DNA of 64,000 nucleotides, taken from assembly GCA_937895705.1 (NCBI GenBank), contig CALBKM010000011.1, positions 1,874 to 65,873 on the forward strand, given 5' to 3'. The translations under genes and the position numbers were made by a program. This document shows, piece by piece, positions 62,126 through 64,000 of this stretch; position 1 is the stretch's first letter, and the number at the start of each line of letters is the position of its first letter. Under the pieces are notes generated by a model. The model searched no databases. It saw nothing but the letters and a program-made list of their open reading frames with translations, and was not told the origin of the DNA. Source of the DNA: an uncultured Clostridia bacterium (GTDB taxonomy: Bacteria > Bacillota > Clostridia > Lachnospirales > Lachnospiraceae).

Positions 62126-62353
62126 TTTTTGATAGTAAGGAAAGAGAAACAGACACGAGACACCACGGGTACCGTGGTTCGAGGGGTCCACAACGTCCGG
62201 TGGACGTTGGTTCTGGACCGACCGAAGCGAAGACCAAATCCCGAATAGCAGATGAAACGCTCGACACCACGCTTTTTCTTATGTTTGTCTTTTCAAAAGC
62301 GTAAAAGTGCGCTATAATGTAAGTACTAAAAGGACAACAACAGGAGGAGCGGT

Positions 62354-64000
62354 ATGAGAGGACCGAAAGCGCCTAAGGATCCGGTGGCAAAGAGACCGGC
62401 GGTATATGTAATGGTGGATTCTGTTATCGACGGAAGCCCGAGAGACAACGGAAAATTTCAGGATATTTGTTATTTGAACGGAAGAATCGTACAAAAGATT
62501 TCCGTGCTCTGTAAAGAGATGCCGAAGGAGGTTTTGGAACTTGTGCCGGGAGGTGCGGGATTCCGGAAACTGGTACATAGTATCGGAGTGACTGTGGTGG
62601 CATTAAAAAAAGAGAAGCAGGAGGAATCCGTTGTTTTTGAACTGAATTGTCTTTCCGCAATGCCGGGTAAGGAAGCTACCTGTTATCGTGCGGAGGTTCC
62701 GTGCAACGGACAAGAGGTGAAGATTCATGTGGCGGATTATCCGGAAAATGAGGCAGACGGACTTCTTGGTTCTTTTGTCACTACTTTTTCTTCCCACGAG
62801 GCGGCAAAGCTTACGGTTTGCTTTTATTTGAATGACGGATTTTCGGCTCCGGAGATGGTGCCGGATGCCCCGGTGGATTTTGAATCGAAACGTTATCGTG
62901 AGATGATCGAACGTTCTTTGATACAGACGGGAAATTTGTATCGGGTGCAGAGGGCGATTCGGAAAGCAAGCCGGGGAGAAGAAGTGGTAATTGCATATTT
63001 GGGAGGTTCCATTACCCAGGGAGCCGGAGCAAAGCCGATTCATACGGAATGTTACGCTTACCGATCTTATCTTGCTTTTAAGAAACGTTTCGGAAAGGGA
63101 AACGGTGAGAATGTAAAGTTTATTAAGGCGGGAGCCGGCGGCACCTGCTCCGAACTGGGACTTACCCGGTATGATACGGATGTTCTGCGCAGAGGAACCG
63201 TGGTTCCGGACATTGTCTTTCTGGAGTACGCGGTAAATGATGCGGGAGACGAAACGGACGGAGTGTGCTTCGAGAGTCTTGTGCGGATGGTGCTGGACGG
63301 ACCGGGAAATCCGGCGGTGGTTTTGCTGTTCTCCGTATTCATGGACGATTTCAATTTGCAGGAGCGCATGATTCCGGTAGGAGTTCGGTGTAAGACGGCG
63401 ATGATCAGTTTGAAAAATGCGGTGACGCCGCAGTTTTACGAGGAAACACCGGTGATTACAAAACGACAGTACTTTTACGATTTGTTCCATCCGAGCAACG
63501 AAGGCCATCGTATCATGACGGATTGTATCGACTATTTCTGGGAACAGGCAGCTAAAGCACCGGAGGAAACGGCAGACGTGGTAATTGAAGAGGCACCGGC
63601 CATCGGGGAAAAGTATCGTTATTTGCAGACCTTTGATCGTAGTGATTATAAGAGCCATGAGACGGTCAGAAGTTTGGAAGAGGGGGCGTTTTCCGAAACG
63701 GATGAAGAGCTTCAATGTGTAGAAAAAGACGACAATCCGAAGGCAACCCCGGAATTTCCTTATAACTGGATGAAAGGGCCGGAAAGTGGAGCGGAGCCGT
63801 TCCGAATGAAGATTTTCTGTAAAGATTTGTTATTGGTATATAAAGACAGCGGAAGCACCACATTCGGAAAAGCAGGAGTGTGCGTGGACGGAAAGGAAAC
63901 TCGTGTGATTGATCCGAAGGAAGTGGGATGGAACCATTGTACCGCGTATGTGGTGTTTGAAAGCGATGCGGCAGCGGAGCATGAAGTAGTGATTTTCATG
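62354..64000 (+). CDS. SGNH/GDSL-family hydrolase with a ~190-aa N-terminal extension (3' end lies outside the window)
   Basis: Hand translation from the ATG at 62354 (AGGAGGAG RBS) gives 549 sense codons up to the window end. IAYLGGSITQGAGA (block I), KAGAGGT (block II), LEYAVND (block III), LFHPSNEGH (block V). It is absent from the ORF track because there is no stop codon in the window. Confidence 0.8.
   Translation, partial: MRGPKAPKDPVAKRPAVYVMVDSVIDGSPRDNGKFQDICYLNGRIVQKISVLCKEMPKEVLELVPGGAGFRKLVHSIGVTVVALKKEKQEESVVFELNCLSAMPGKEATCYRAEVPCNGQEVKIHVADYPENEADGLLGSFVTTFSSHEAAKLTVCFYLNDGFSAPEMVPDAPVDFESKRYREMIERSLIQTGNLYRVQRAIRKASRGEEVVIAYLGGSITQGAGAKPIHTECYAYRSYLAFKKRFGKGNGENVKFIKAGAGGTCSELGLTRYDTDVLRRGTVVPDIVFLEYAVNDAGDETDGVCFESLVRMVLDGPGNPAVVLLFSVFMDDFNLQERMIPVGVRCKTAMISLKNAVTPQFYEETPVITKRQYFYDLFHPSNEGHRIMTDCIDYFWEQAAKAPEETADVVIEEAPAIGEKYRYLQTFDRSDYKSHETVRSLEEGAFSETDEELQCVEKDDNPKATPEFPYNWMKGPESGAEPFRMKIFCKDLLLVYKDSGSTTFGKAGVCVDGKETRVIDPKEVGWNHCTAYVVFESDAAAEHEVVIFM

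Larger units (their letters stand above)
61904..62232 (+). repeat. Perfect tandem direct repeat (163 nt + 158 nt + an 8-nt third start) beginning inside the tRNA-Met T-loop
   Basis: 61904-62066 and 62067-62224 are identical except for one extra gaagc pentamer in copy 1. The motif caaatccc recurs at 62225-62232. Confidence 0.95.

Noticed and set aside
61904-62232. Possible CRISPR array or minisatellite
   Set aside because: There are only two full units, with a ~160-nt period and no repeat/spacer alternation. No cas genes are present in the window.
61699-62304. 201-aa + strand ORF, plus several overlapping ORFs on both strands
   Set aside because: They run straight through the tRNA promoter, two tRNA genes and the tandem repeat. 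The apparent internal protein repeat only reflects the DNA duplication.
62603-63715. 370-aa minus-strand ORF from the track
   Set aside because: It is an antisense shadow of the SGNH hydrolase gene. Its translation is Arg/Phe/Ser-rich with no motifs and no RBS, whereas the + strand frame has an AGGAGGAG RBS and all the SGNH blocks.
61848-64000. Integrated prophage/ICE at tRNA-Met
   Set aside because: No integrase, excisionase or phage/conjugation gene appears in the 1.7 kb that remain. The duplicated tRNA end is equally well explained by microhomology-mediated tandem duplication. I kept this as an alternative hypothesis only.

Overview
The window looks like a chromosomal segment of a Clostridia-type Firmicute. 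That assignment is an inference from the perfect CIRCE operator in front of groESL, AGGAGG-type RBSs, the gene content and roughly 50% G+C. Almost every gene is on the + strand.

Gene order, left to right:
- Start of window: GH25 lysozyme fragment, mutY, ispF.
- About 34 kb of cell-surface polysaccharide genes:
  - a capD/pglF-type dehydratase;
  - an Rpn-type PD-(D/E)XK nuclease gene plus a small antisense ORF, inserted in the locus;
  - a Wzz-like co-polymerase with a degenerate kinase-like tail;
  - a roughly 15 kb strongly AT-rich Wzx/Wzy cassette. It carries a PglC-like phosphoglycosyl transferase (PGT), glycosyltransferases (GTs), two acetyltransferases, two short-chain dehydrogenase/reductase (SDR) genes, Wzy, Wzx, and an unusual DUF362 / unknown 523-aa / FrhB-like Fe-S trio;
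  - rfbA and rfbB;
  - a second host-GC locus: WbaP-type PGT, Wzx, five GTs, wecB, galE, ugd.
- A two-gene operon encoding a PP-loop/Cys-cluster protein and a MurD paralogue (candidate MurL/MurD2-like pair).
- A convergent polysaccharide deacetylase, a DUF2225 protein and a Cys-rich protein.
- CIRCE-groES-groEL, a small membrane protein, guaB.
- A hybrid histidine kinase (HK) / REC-Hpt / CheY phosphorelay.
- An ABC / ABC-2 / GldG-like / DUF4340-like module.
- A LUD-domain gene (- strand), an arylsulfotransferase-like protein, topB, and a 7TM-PAS-HD-GYP protein.
- tRNA-Val and tRNA-Met, followed by a perfect 2.05-copy tandem repeat seeded in the tRNA-Met T-arm.
- An SGNH hydrolase gene that runs off the window end. 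It is missing from the ORF track because it has no stop codon in the window.

I saw no CRISPR array, no rRNA, no integrase or classical transposase, and no recognisable defence system.

The observations I rate highest are the MurD-paralogue/PP-loop pair, the Fe-S trio inside the AT-rich glycan cassette, the tRNA-anchored tandem duplication, and the Wzz-pseudokinase fusion.
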